Source of the DNA: a virus
Lineage: Duplodnaviria; Heunggongvirae; Uroviricota; Caudoviricetes
IMG/VR virus record: IMGVR_UViG_3300023118_000008
Coordinates: 92,188-144,326 of that record
Direction: 5' to 3' (one strand)
DNA length: 52,139 bases
In this document: piece by piece, positions 8,257-16,944 of the stretch
How positions within the stretch are numbered: the first letter of the stretch is position 1
Layout of the letters: the number at the start of each line of letters is the position of its first letter
The notes under the pieces: model-generated
What the model saw: the letters and a program-made list of their open reading frames with translations, nothing else
Databases searched by the model: none
What the model was told of the DNA's origin: nothing
Made by a program: the position numbers and the translations under genes

Positions 8257-8483
8257 CTTTTATCCAATAAATCTTGAATTATTAGATGTGAAAATTGACT
8301 AGGAGGTACATTGATGGGTTTCTTGTCTTTTAAATAATTCTGAACCTCTACCTCTGTTTCAAAGTATTTATTTAAAATGAAGTCTACATGCCGTAATTTA
8401 TTATCTTTAGTTTTAACATAAAATCCACCGTCACATAAGTCTCCTTCAAAATATTCTAAGCTTAATTTGTTGATTATATACAT
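8253..8483 (-). CDS. Hypothetical protein (76 aa, MYIINKLSL...)
   Basis: ORF track start 8549 trimmed to ATG 8483, 5 nt after the upstream stop. Confidence 0.75.
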   Translation of the reverse strand: MYIINKLSLEYFEGDLCDGGFYVKTKDNKLRHVDFILNKYFETEVEVQNYLKDKKPINVPPSQFSHLIIQDLLDKR

Positions 8484-8764
8484 ATCTCTTATTTTTCTAG
8501 TTCTAATTTTACTTCCTGCCAATATTTCTGTCTTTCTAAAACACTCCAATTTCTATCTTTATCTTGGTAAACGCTTACTAAGTCTTGATAGGAACTATTT
8601 TCTTCCAAAATCTCATCAACTGCCAATATTGCACATGCTTTAATTTGGCTTTTATACATTGAAATAGGCAGTTTACCTTTTAACAATTTCATATTGTGCT
8701 TTATATCAAACTTTCCAATCAATTCTTCCGCTTTTTCCTTTGGTGTCATATCTCTTATTTTTCT
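8481..8764 (-). repeat. Perfect 18-bp direct repeat AGAAAAATAAGAGATATG at 8498-8481 and 8764-8747
   Basis: Both copies read directly; each ends in the ATG of a gene. Confidence 0.9.
8489..8749 (-). CDS. Hypothetical protein (86 aa, MTPKEKAEELI...WQEVKLELEK)
   Basis: ORF track; first gene after the promoter element at 8776. Confidence 0.85.
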   Translation of the reverse strand: MTPKEKAEELIGKFDIKHNMKLLKGKLPISMYKSQIKACAILAVDEILEENSSYQDLVSVYQDKDRNWSVLERQKYWQEVKLELEK

Positions 8765-8768
8765 TCTA

Positions 8769-8776
8769 CAAATATA
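8769..8776 (-). promoter_or_regulatory. -7 promoter element TATATTTG starting the early/accessory unit
   Basis: Consensus TAnnTTTG just downstream of a terminator; no clean -33 TTTG. Confidence 0.6.
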
Positions 8777-8820
8777 TGAAATGTTTTCTATTGGAAATTT
8801 ACTTTAACAAAACTTTATAA

Positions 8821-8848
8821 AATAAAAAATCCCCTAATTAAAGGGGAC
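8821..8848 (-). terminator. Intrinsic terminator ending the structural operon
   Basis: TCCCC-TTTAATTA-GGGGA followed by TTTTTTATT. Confidence 0.85.
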
Positions 8849-8854
8849 TTGTGT

Positions 8855-9013
8855 TTAGGCATTTAATTCATCTATTTGGGCTTGTAATTTTGCTAACATT
8901 GTGGCTACGTCCTCGCCGTCTTGAATCGGTTCACTTGGAACGTCTTTTGGGAGTGTCAGGGCGTTTAGCTGCGCTACTAGGTTGAACCAATAAAATTTAA
9001 AGAGCTGTTTCAT
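8855..9013 (-). CDS. Hypothetical protein (52 aa, MKQLFKFYWFNLVAQ...DVATMLAKLQAQIDELNA)
   Basis: Manual translation; lies between the HNH stop and the terminator; C-terminal coiled-coil-like segment. Confidence 0.7.
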   Translation of the reverse strand: MKQLFKFYWFNLVAQLNALTLPKDVPSEPIQDGEDVATMLAKLQAQIDELNA

Positions 9014-9041
9014 TTTTGTTTATTTATGTTTGGGTTAGTTA

Positions 9042-10202
9042 TTAATCTGTTATCTCTACTGTGTAGTTATAAAGGGCTTCATAGACTCTTGGATCGATCA
9101 AGTCTTTCCATTTGTCGGCTTTTTGTTTTATATAGTCTTCTTTAGCTGTCTTGTACGGTTGGAAGGCTTGCTCTACAGTATCAAAGGTTCCAAGGTAGGT
9201 TGTTTTTCCGAGTTTTGAAATTCTTGCTTGAAACTTATTTCCTTTAATTTTAACACCTGTTGGAAGATTACTATTATTTTTTGACTTCTTCTTTCCAAAT
9301 ATACTGTTAATCTCTCTAGGTACAAAAGAACAAGTTTCTGAGGAGTAGATTTTATTACCTTTTTGTAAAATATCCTTATCTAGTTCAAATCCCCTCATAG
9401 TTTCAGGATTATAGTTGTCTTCCATCCATTGAGCGAAATTCTGAAAATTAAACCATTTTTCAGCTACCATACAATCCTTATAGGTTGGATATTTTTCGTG
9501 CCTCTCCTTACTGTAACACCTACTAAAGATGTTGTACCAAACATTTGAATAAAATAGGGTGAGTGAGTCTTTACAATTAAATTTACCATATCCTAAAAAT
9601 CCTTGTGTTTCAGTTCGGAAATTATAGTTTTTAACCATCCCATCTTTCACATGACTATATTTCTGATTTTTGACTATTGTTCCATCTTCAAACTGTATAT
9701 CTAAGTCATCAGCATTTCTATAAGCTATTATTTCTAATTTACAACCTCTGCTGTTAGTAAATATCTCGCCTGTTCTGTCATTAAATCTTGGCTGGTTGTT
9801 ACTGCTATAACCGCATTTTTTACATCCAGAGCCTCTTAACAAAGTATAGGGGAAGGACTGCCTTTCTCCATGCAGGGGACAATCATACTTGACTTTTTGT
9901 TTTGGATTTTCATATACTGTTTTATCGAAAAACAAACTTGAATGCAGTTGTTGTACTTTTTCTCTGAATGTTTCGATTGTCCATTTTCTAACAGCCTCCC
10001 CAGATTTTAATTTACCACACTCTCTACAACCATTACCCGCAGTATGTGCACTCGCTGTCTGAGAAAAATCTCCATGTATTGGGCAGGTAATAATTACAGG
10101 TGTTTTTGAATTTATATATGTAGACTTAGAATAGTTATAAAAATTATTATGTTTTTTATTCGAATCTAAAATGAATTCTACAATGGTTTTATTTTTAGAC
10201 AT
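9042..10202 (-). CDS. Free-standing HNH-family homing endonuclease with two Zn-ribbon repeats and a C-terminal AP2-like domain (386 aa)
   Basis: CPIHG...CRECG and CPLHG...CKKCG; WYNIFSRCY...KWFNFQNF...LDKDIL...ETCSFVPREIN nuclease core; GVKIKGNKFQARI...YLGTFDT AP2-like end. Confidence 0.8.
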   Translation of the reverse strand: MSKNKTIVEFILDSNKKHNNFYNYSKSTYINSKTPVIITCPIHGDFSQTASAHTAGNGCRECGKLKSGEAVRKWTIETFREKVQQLHSSLFFDKTVYENPKQKVKYDCPLHGERQSFPYTLLRGSGCKKCGYSSNNQPRFNDRTGEIFTNSRGCKLEIIAYRNADDLDIQFEDGTIVKNQKYSHVKDGMVKNYNFRTETQGFLGYGKFNCKDSLTLFYSNVWYNIFSRCYSKERHEKYPTYKDCMVAEKWFNFQNFAQWMEDNYNPETMRGFELDKDILQKGNKIYSSETCSFVPREINSIFGKKKSKNNSNLPTGVKIKGNKFQARISKLGKTTYLGTFDTVEQAFQPYKTAKEDYIKQKADKWKDLIDPRVYEALYNYTVEITD

Positions 10203-10329
10203 CTCTTAAAGCATGTTTAATTAACATTCTGACTTGAGAGGAGACTGAAATAGCATTAGACTCTGATAGCACTTTTAGTTGATCCATTAGTTCCTTGCTA
10301 ATCCTAATTTGTAATAATTCTGTTTTCAT
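10195..10329 (-). CDS. Ribbon-helix-helix protein, 44 aa, MKTELLQIRISKELMDQLKVLSESNAISVSSQVRMLIKHALRDV
   Basis: Manual translation; RHH pattern; overlaps the HNH start by 8 nt; similar to 3892-4008. Confidence 0.85.
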   Translation of the reverse strand: MKTELLQIRISKELMDQLKVLSESNAISVSSQVRMLIKHALRDV

Positions 10330-10384
10330 TGTATCTTTACTTTATATGTTTGTAAGTACATATAATAGCAAACATCGTGCCAAA

Positions 10385-13300
10385 CTATTCTTCTGCTTCA
10401 TCTTCTGCCAAAACTGTAGCGAATGTCCAATTCTCAAGAGTACTCTTATTAAAAAAGTAATAGGTGTCCTTAGCAGAATTAAAATCCCTGAACCTGTTGT
10501 AATCCCTAATAAACGGTAGATTTTTTGACATCCACTTGTACCTAACCGTACTACCTGCATAAGTTCCTCTATCTATAATGTTTGAATCGGCTAAATCTAG
10601 TATATTTCCTAAATCTTTGAATTTCTCGGCACTAATAAGGGGGTTTGAAAGCATTGAGTCTAATTGCATAGGAAGAGAAACGGTAGAAGAAGTTTGTTCC
10701 ACTGCTACTCTTAGAAGCATATATTCGCTCCAAGCAAGTAGAAATCCAGGATCTTCGGGGTCATCATCTGACATATTGGCAAGTAATATTACAGCCACTG
10801 CTAATGCGTTCGCTACTGCAAGCTCTAAACCAGTTCTGCGTAAGTTCCTAACTGAGACTTCATCTGTCATATACTCTTGCCAAACTTTCTTTAACTCTTT
10901 TGGTTTTAGAACATTTTGAGCTAAGCTGTTTGTCATATTGAACACAGTATTCCATGAACCTTGAGTCCAAACCCCTTCGGAAATATTGTAGCTTCTACTT
11001 TTCAGTTTGTTCTGCGCCGCAACTTGCCACCACGAGCTATGTAAAAGGAAGAAATTTGCAATTGCGTTCCTGTTCGCCAAACTCTTCTGATAACTTGGAA
11101 TTTGTGAATCGACACGTTGAACCGCCGAAGCCGTCCTTGCATTAATTGCCTCTAAAATCAAGTCTACCTTCTCTACAGCTTCCTCTTCACTTATATTCAA
11201 CTGCTCAGAAATACCTTTGTAATTAGGCGCAATAACTCCATCTTTTACAGGAATCAGATCTTTGAACAAAGGTTGTTTTTCCCAAAGTAATCTGTCATCT
11301 TTTCCATTAATTTCTTTGAACTGTCTGTATGTTACTACTTCTCCGCCGAAAACTCTATAGTCATAAATAACAGAAAGCATGACAGTACTAGTTACAGGAT
11401 AGTTTCCAGCACTATGTAAGGCAGAAGATGATTTCAAAAGGCCTCTCCCTGCTCTACCGATGTAAGAGTTTTCAAATCTTTCTGTCAAGTTATACAAACC
11501 AAATCTTTCACCATAAACCGAGATCTCAGCTTTACCATTATATTTCATTATCTCTCCTATCTGCTGACTCCCTTTCCTTGCAAATTCTTTCTGAGCCTCC
11601 TTATAAGCCGTCTTATCTAAAACTTCTCCTACAGCCACTTCTAAAAATTCTTGGGTCTTTCCTTGTAGGGCTGAAGTCAAAGGTACCGTTACACCCGCTA
11701 AATTTGAGAACCTTACCCAGCTGTTGAAAGTCCTTGCCAGTTTTCCTAAATCTACTTTTTTCCCTAAAACTGTTACTTCTTGGCTGAATGTTTCTTTTAC
11801 GCCATAGAAATTTGATTTTAGAAAAGAGTTGAACATCTTGTAGGTGTTTGTTGCCTCAGCTTTCTTGCCTGGATAATCTCTTTCTTTGGATAATATGAAA
11901 TCCTCTAAAACTAGCATATCTGAGATGTTTTCTCTTCTTGCTTTGTATAAAGCCGACTGTTGGTTGAACATTGCATAAGACAATAGTAATTCGTCTGTTA
12001 CGTCCGTTTGGTCTTTTAGTTTTCTTACCCCGTAAGTTGGTACTGACAATAATGAGTCCCCTTTTTTCGCCAAATTTCCTGATATATCTTGCCCTAAATC
12101 TGCTTCATCCTCCCTGATGCCTGTCATATCGGAAGCGATTTCTTTTAGGGATTTTAACTTATTTGAACCGTCAGTCAGTCTTCTTGTCGCGCTCCTTAAA
12201 AACTGAGGCAGTTGATACCTGTCATGTGTTGCTTGAATACCATAATTTTCCAAGCTTTGATCATTATAATCCAAAAGTATTTTTCTCGCTTCAAACTCTT
12301 GAATGTTTTGAGTGGCGTTTCCTTGCTCGTCTATTCCATATCTTTTATAATACTCATCATTTCTTACAGAGTTTTTATAGGCTTCTGTGTATTGGTCTCT
12401 TTGCGCGTCACGATTTTCAATCCACTTAGGATTTACATTTGCCATCGCGTCATAATAGCTCCAACTTGGCTTTACTTCTACTATTCCGCTTTCAATGAAG
12501 TCTAAAACTGCTCCTGATTGGTTTTCAGAGACATTTCTTTTTAGTTCCTCGTAAGCTTCTGTAAATCCTTGAGGCTCTGTTCTCTTATAGTATGGTAAAA
12601 GTTTTCTTCTAGCGAACTCTGCTAAGACATTATCGTAATCTGATCTCCCTTCTATAAGATTAGTCAAAAAAGGTGTCATTATAACAGATTCTCCTTTTTG
12701 AAGTCTTTGCAAGTTTCTTCTTAGTGACTCTATACTGCTTCTTCCATTTGAAGTTACATGTTTTAGAATGAAATCAATCTCTTGTGGGCTGTTTGAAGCT
12801 ATTTCGTTAGATTCTAAGTCTTTTCTGTAACTTTCATTAACTGTTGAAACTGATTGGATTTCTGTTGCTTCTTGTTCTTCTAGAATGTTTCTTGCCTCGG
12901 CGGTCTGAACTTCTAAAATAGATTGGGCATCCCTTATTGCAGATGTTTCTGTTTCATACATTGCAAAAACATCTGTTTCGGAAGGATTATTTAAGTTTTT
13001 ATTTCCGCGAATAATTGTAGAGATTATTGATTGCTGTTCTCTGATGTTTTGTGCAAATTCTAAAGCTTCGGGTGAGCCCAATTCTAAAAGTCTTGCTACC
13101 AAAGAGTTATTAGGATCAAAATTATCCCAAAATTCTTGAGTAAAATCTGTTGTTGCATTGTTATTTAAAAAGTCAAACTTCTCTTGCTCTGTACTTAGGC
13201 TGTTTAATTCGTCTAGAAACTTTTGAGGAATTCCTTGAGAGTTAGAATTAGCCTTGTAGAATTCAGAGTTTAAAAGCATTAGGTTTTGCAATCCCACGAC

Positions 13301-15940
13301 TTTCTGAGCTTCTGAGTAGTCTAAATCTGATAGGTCTTCATTAGCCTTTAAAAAGTAAGTAAATTTCTTTAAACCTCTATCGTAAACTTCAATAACTCCT
13401 TTTTTCAATTTTCCATCCGAATACCTTGGATTTGCTTCTTGGAGTTTTTGTTTTGTCAAGTTTTTTATCTCCGCGATATCGCTTGAAGTAAGTTCACCTT
13501 GTTTTTTTATTTCCCCGATTTGTGAACGGTATAATTTATCCAATTGCAAGACATCATCTGGAATAGAAGTTCTATCAATCGTTACTCCGTTTGTTGTGAT
13601 AGAAAAGTTTTGGAGCTTCTCTAAATATTTAGGGTCAAAGTAAGATTCAAATCTTTGAGTAAAAGTCTTTCTGAATTCCTTATCTAGATTGGCAAGCTGT
13701 CCTGAAATCTCATCTCTGTTTTGAGTTTTCTTATTGATATCTTCTTGACTCAATTCTTTATTTGCGGTTAATTCTCTTTGTAGGGAATCATACTCGCTTT
13801 GCATTGAATCAATCTTCTCTTGAACCGTGTCCTTATTTAAGTTTTCTCCTAAAATCGTAGATAAAATTTTAGCTTTTTCTGTATTATCAACTTCCAAAAC
13901 TTTTTGAGGATCTTTCTCATTGATTATTCCTCCATTATAGATAAGCTTTTTTAATGTTGTGGGGATTTGACTCTCTGTTAATCCTAAAGCTTCCAAACGG
14001 TTTAAGAAAGGTTTGGTTTGGTTTTGGTGCGTTGTTCTTTCTTGGTATTGTGTTCTTTCAATTATTTCTCCCGCCAAATTTAAAAGACCATCTCTTGAAT
14101 TGATTAATCCTCCTAAATGGGCATGTAACCAACCTGTGTCAGCTTCTGCTGTTCTTGAAATATTGTCGATATATTCACGATATTTATTAGCCTGTTCAGG
14201 AGTCATATTATTCTTTCTGATGACTCTCTCAACAATCAAATCTCTTGCCTTTGTATTTGTTGCGGGAACTCTTCCTTCAATTGTAGAAATCTTTTGTAGG
14301 ACATCATCGATCTGTTTTGCAATAGCCTTGTCATTAATGCTTTCTCTGATTTGTCTTAGCATTGGAGCAAGTCTTGAAACTGTTGATTGAAATACTCCAT
14401 TTTCTTCTGACGTGAAATGTCTTGAATTTTTATCGGCGTTTTCTAAAGATTTTAAAAGAGAATTTGCTTGAGAATTAGCAACCGCTACCAATTGTAATGT
14501 TGAATTTTTCAAGGAAGCTTCGTCTGTCAGGGCAATTGTCTGCTTTAATTTGTTTAGGGTATTTTTATTCGCCGAGGAATTTCTTAAAGCGTATTGCTGA
14601 TTTAAAAGAGTTTCATAAGACTTCTGAATAGTTTGGGCTAAAGCTGTACGTCCTGTTGCATTATAGAGCGTATAAGACTTATTCTCTTTATTCCTGATAT
14701 CTACATCCAAAGAGTCATTCATAAGGTCTCTATAGACTTGTTCGGTGAATGTTTCTAATTGGGTTTGATAGTTCGGCTGAAAGAAATCATAAACACGGTT
14801 AAAGAAATCTTGAAAGAAGTTTCTTAAAGTTGCAACAATACCGCCTTCCAAAGTCGGTTCCGATTCCCTTGTAAAATTATCTTGCAGGGAATTAGCTAAA
14901 ACCTTCCCTAAAATTTCTTCTCTGACAGCATCTTCTAAGGCTTCACCTTCTAAAGTTTCCGAGTAGATTTCAAAATATTGTTCTGCAAATTCTGCCCACT
15001 CTTTAGTTCTATGGACATTGCGTTTTTGGTTTGCAATTTCTTCTTGATTTTTTGTGGCTATAATAAAATGGCTCACTTCTTCAATCAAGTCTGCTTGACT
15101 TATGACACCGTCTTTGAAAGCTACAATGTTATTTGTTAAATCCGTTAGAGCTTTTGCTGAGGGCTCATAACCGTTCTTTTTAGCGTATTTTTCCGCCCAC
15201 TTTTCAATAGAAGTAGTCTTTACACCTAATTTATTTAATAGCTGTAATAGTTTTTCTTGAAGCTCGTTTTCAGGTATGATTTGAATTTCTTCCAAAGCAG
15301 AATTATTGGCATTTGTTTCCAAGGAAATTTCTTCCAAAGTCTTTATGAAAACAGCTGTTGGTTCATCAAATCTTTGAGTAAGCTGATTGAAGCTTTCTGA
15401 TTTGGGAACTTCCTGTCTTTCTTTGAAAGTAATATTATAATCTTGCCCTACTAAAGCTGAAAATGCTCCTTTATATCGTTTTGAAACTGTTCTGGCTACA
15501 TCCGCGTAAACTGCTTTCTCTTGCTCGTTATTCCCTGTCACTTCCAAAAATTTAGACCCATCAACATCTAAAAAAGAATTTCCTGTTAGGATGTCTTCTT
15601 TGATTAGAGAATTTAAAAGGCCTGAACGCGTCTGAGGATTTATTGTAGCGTCGATTGTCATAAAAGATTTTCCATTTCCAACCACCTTTATTTCAGAATT
15701 AGGTTTGCTATTTTTGAGAGCCTCTTTTAATGTCTGGAACTCTTCTCCTTGGTTTTGAAAACTGATTGGAAATTCCTGATTGCTATTATCCGACAAAAGA
15801 TTTGTATACCCTATTAGAGCTTCTTGGAAATTTTGTATATGAGGAATATTTAATATTTGATTGAAAACTAAAGAAGGTCTGCCATCAGGAGCATTTACTC
15901 CAATTTGTCTGCCGTTCTTATAAATTATTTCACAAGCCAT
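10385..15940 (-). CDS. Giant putative internal virion (ejected cargo) protein, 1851 aa, with a zincin-like segment
   Basis: Size, helical composition and position after the tail block; DLIEEVSHF...REEILG motif; hydrophobic segment near the C-terminus. Confidence 0.75.
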   Translation of the reverse strand: MACEIIYKNGRQIGVNAPDGRPSLVFNQILNIPHIQNFQEALIGYTNLLSDNSNQEFPISFQNQGEEFQTLKEALKNSKPNSEIKVVGNGKSFMTIDATINPQTRSGLLNSLIKEDILTGNSFLDVDGSKFLEVTGNNEQEKAVYADVARTVSKRYKGAFSALVGQDYNITFKERQEVPKSESFNQLTQRFDEPTAVFIKTLEEISLETNANNSALEEIQIIPENELQEKLLQLLNKLGVKTTSIEKWAEKYAKKNGYEPSAKALTDLTNNIVAFKDGVISQADLIEEVSHFIIATKNQEEIANQKRNVHRTKEWAEFAEQYFEIYSETLEGEALEDAVREEILGKVLANSLQDNFTRESEPTLEGGIVATLRNFFQDFFNRVYDFFQPNYQTQLETFTEQVYRDLMNDSLDVDIRNKENKSYTLYNATGRTALAQTIQKSYETLLNQQYALRNSSANKNTLNKLKQTIALTDEASLKNSTLQLVAVANSQANSLLKSLENADKNSRHFTSEENGVFQSTVSRLAPMLRQIRESINDKAIAKQIDDVLQKISTIEGRVPATNTKARDLIVERVIRKNNMTPEQANKYREYIDNISRTAEADTGWLHAHLGGLINSRDGLLNLAGEIIERTQYQERTTHQNQTKPFLNRLEALGLTESQIPTTLKKLIYNGGIINEKDPQKVLEVDNTEKAKILSTILGENLNKDTVQEKIDSMQSEYDSLQRELTANKELSQEDINKKTQNRDEISGQLANLDKEFRKTFTQRFESYFDPKYLEKLQNFSITTNGVTIDRTSIPDDVLQLDKLYRSQIGEIKKQGELTSSDIAEIKNLTKQKLQEANPRYSDGKLKKGVIEVYDRGLKKFTYFLKANEDLSDLDYSEAQKVVGLQNLMLLNSEFYKANSNSQGIPQKFLDELNSLSTEQEKFDFLNNNATTDFTQEFWDNFDPNNSLVARLLELGSPEALEFAQNIREQQSIISTIIRGNKNLNNPSETDVFAMYETETSAIRDAQSILEVQTAEARNILEEQEATEIQSVSTVNESYRKDLESNEIASNSPQEIDFILKHVTSNGRSSIESLRRNLQRLQKGESVIMTPFLTNLIEGRSDYDNVLAEFARRKLLPYYKRTEPQGFTEAYEELKRNVSENQSGAVLDFIESGIVEVKPSWSYYDAMANVNPKWIENRDAQRDQYTEAYKNSVRNDEYYKRYGIDEQGNATQNIQEFEARKILLDYNDQSLENYGIQATHDRYQLPQFLRSATRRLTDGSNKLKSLKEIASDMTGIREDEADLGQDISGNLAKKGDSLLSVPTYGVRKLKDQTDVTDELLLSYAMFNQQSALYKARRENISDMLVLEDFILSKERDYPGKKAEATNTYKMFNSFLKSNFYGVKETFSQEVTVLGKKVDLGKLARTFNSWVRFSNLAGVTVPLTSALQGKTQEFLEVAVGEVLDKTAYKEAQKEFARKGSQQIGEIMKYNGKAEISVYGERFGLYNLTERFENSYIGRAGRGLLKSSSALHSAGNYPVTSTVMLSVIYDYRVFGGEVVTYRQFKEINGKDDRLLWEKQPLFKDLIPVKDGVIAPNYKGISEQLNISEEEAVEKVDLILEAINARTASAVQRVDSQIPSYQKSLANRNAIANFFLLHSSWWQVAAQNKLKSRSYNISEGVWTQGSWNTVFNMTNSLAQNVLKPKELKKVWQEYMTDEVSVRNLRRTGLELAVANALAVAVILLANMSDDDPEDPGFLLAWSEYMLLRVAVEQTSSTVSLPMQLDSMLSNPLISAEKFKDLGNILDLADSNIIDRGTYAGSTVRYKWMSKNLPFIRDYNRFRDFNSAKDTYYFFNKSTLENWTFATVLAEDEAEE

Positions 15941-15941
15941 T

Positions 15942-16898
15942 TTATTGTTTTAAGTTTTTTAATATGTGGACTATTGTATCTATATTCCAACCATTTCCGA
16001 GCATTTCACCCGCTTTGTTTTTTGAAACTTTTTTAGTGTAATTATCAGGGACGGTTTGTAACCTTTCTAGTTCTTTCCTTGTAAATTTTCTAACAGTATT
16101 TTTATCAATAAAAAGCTTATGTTTATTGGAGCAGCCTCTGTCTAAAGTACCACACTTACCTGTCTGATAATATCCTCTTTGATCTTGACTTCCATTATTC
16201 TTACCTGACAAATCATATTGATAATAGTTATTTGTAAATATTCCCTCTTTTCCTTCTATGTTAACATGTAAATCAAGGGATGCTTCTTTTTCTATAATAT
16301 CTTCAATCACTATTCTTGAATCTATATATTCATCTATTTTTAAATTTGTCCAGTAATATCTAGGTCTGTTTTGGGCTGAAAAGTTACTAGAATTTATTAA
16401 CTCTCCTTTTACCTTCATAACTTCATCAAAAACATCTTTCCAATATTTCACCATCTTAACATTTTCTAATAAAAAATTAAGAGGTTTAATTTCTCTCATT
16501 AATCTGACAAATTCCCAAAATAAATAAGATTGCCCTTCAAATTGAAAATCTTCACTTTTTAGTAATAGATAAGTTTCCAAATCTGTTATTTCAACCCCTT
16601 CTTTTGTAGTCAATCCTTTTCTCTTTCCTGCAAAACTCAAATTTTGGCAAGGACTTCCTCCAATTAACAAATCTATTTTTCCAACTTCAAAAACTCCGTT
16701 ATCTGTAAAAAGTTTTCCTTCACAGTACTTTAAATTTCTGACATCTCCTATTTGAATAGTATTTGGGTAGTTATCCATAGCAACTGCAATTGCATCGGTA
16801 TTTACTTCAGATGCATAATAATTTGTAATTTTGTGACCTCCTCTGTTTAAGGCAATTTGTCCTCCTGATTTTCCGTCAAACAATGATAGTACATTCAT
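15942..16898 (-). CDS. DNA cytosine-C5 methyltransferase (318 aa)
   Basis: Motif I LSLFDG, IV GGSPCQ, VI LENV, VIII QNRPRYYW, IX/X RKFTRKELERLQ...GNGW. Confidence 0.95.
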   Translation of the reverse strand: MNVLSLFDGKSGGQIALNRGGHKITNYYASEVNTDAIAVAMDNYPNTIQIGDVRNLKYCEGKLFTDNGVFEVGKIDLLIGGSPCQNLSFAGKRKGLTTKEGVEITDLETYLLLKSEDFQFEGQSYLFWEFVRLMREIKPLNFLLENVKMVKYWKDVFDEVMKVKGELINSSNFSAQNRPRYYWTNLKIDEYIDSRIVIEDIIEKEASLDLHVNIEGKEGIFTNNYYQYDLSGKNNGSQDQRGYYQTGKCGTLDRGCSNKHKLFIDKNTVRKFTRKELERLQTVPDNYTKKVSKNKAGEMLGNGWNIDTIVHILKNLKQ

Positions 16899-16914
16899 AT
16901 TTATATATTTTCAA

Positions 16915-16944
16915 CAAATATAGTAAACTTAATTAACAATCAAA
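16915..16944 (-). promoter_or_regulatory. Probable host-type promoter for the methyltransferase
   Basis: TTTG (16944-16941), 18 nt, TATATTTG (16922-16915); spacer slightly short. Confidence 0.65.

Noticed and set aside
14700-14730. DSLDVD in the 1851-aa protein as an RNA polymerase catalytic loop
   Set aside because: Not a DxDxD motif and lacks the surrounding context.
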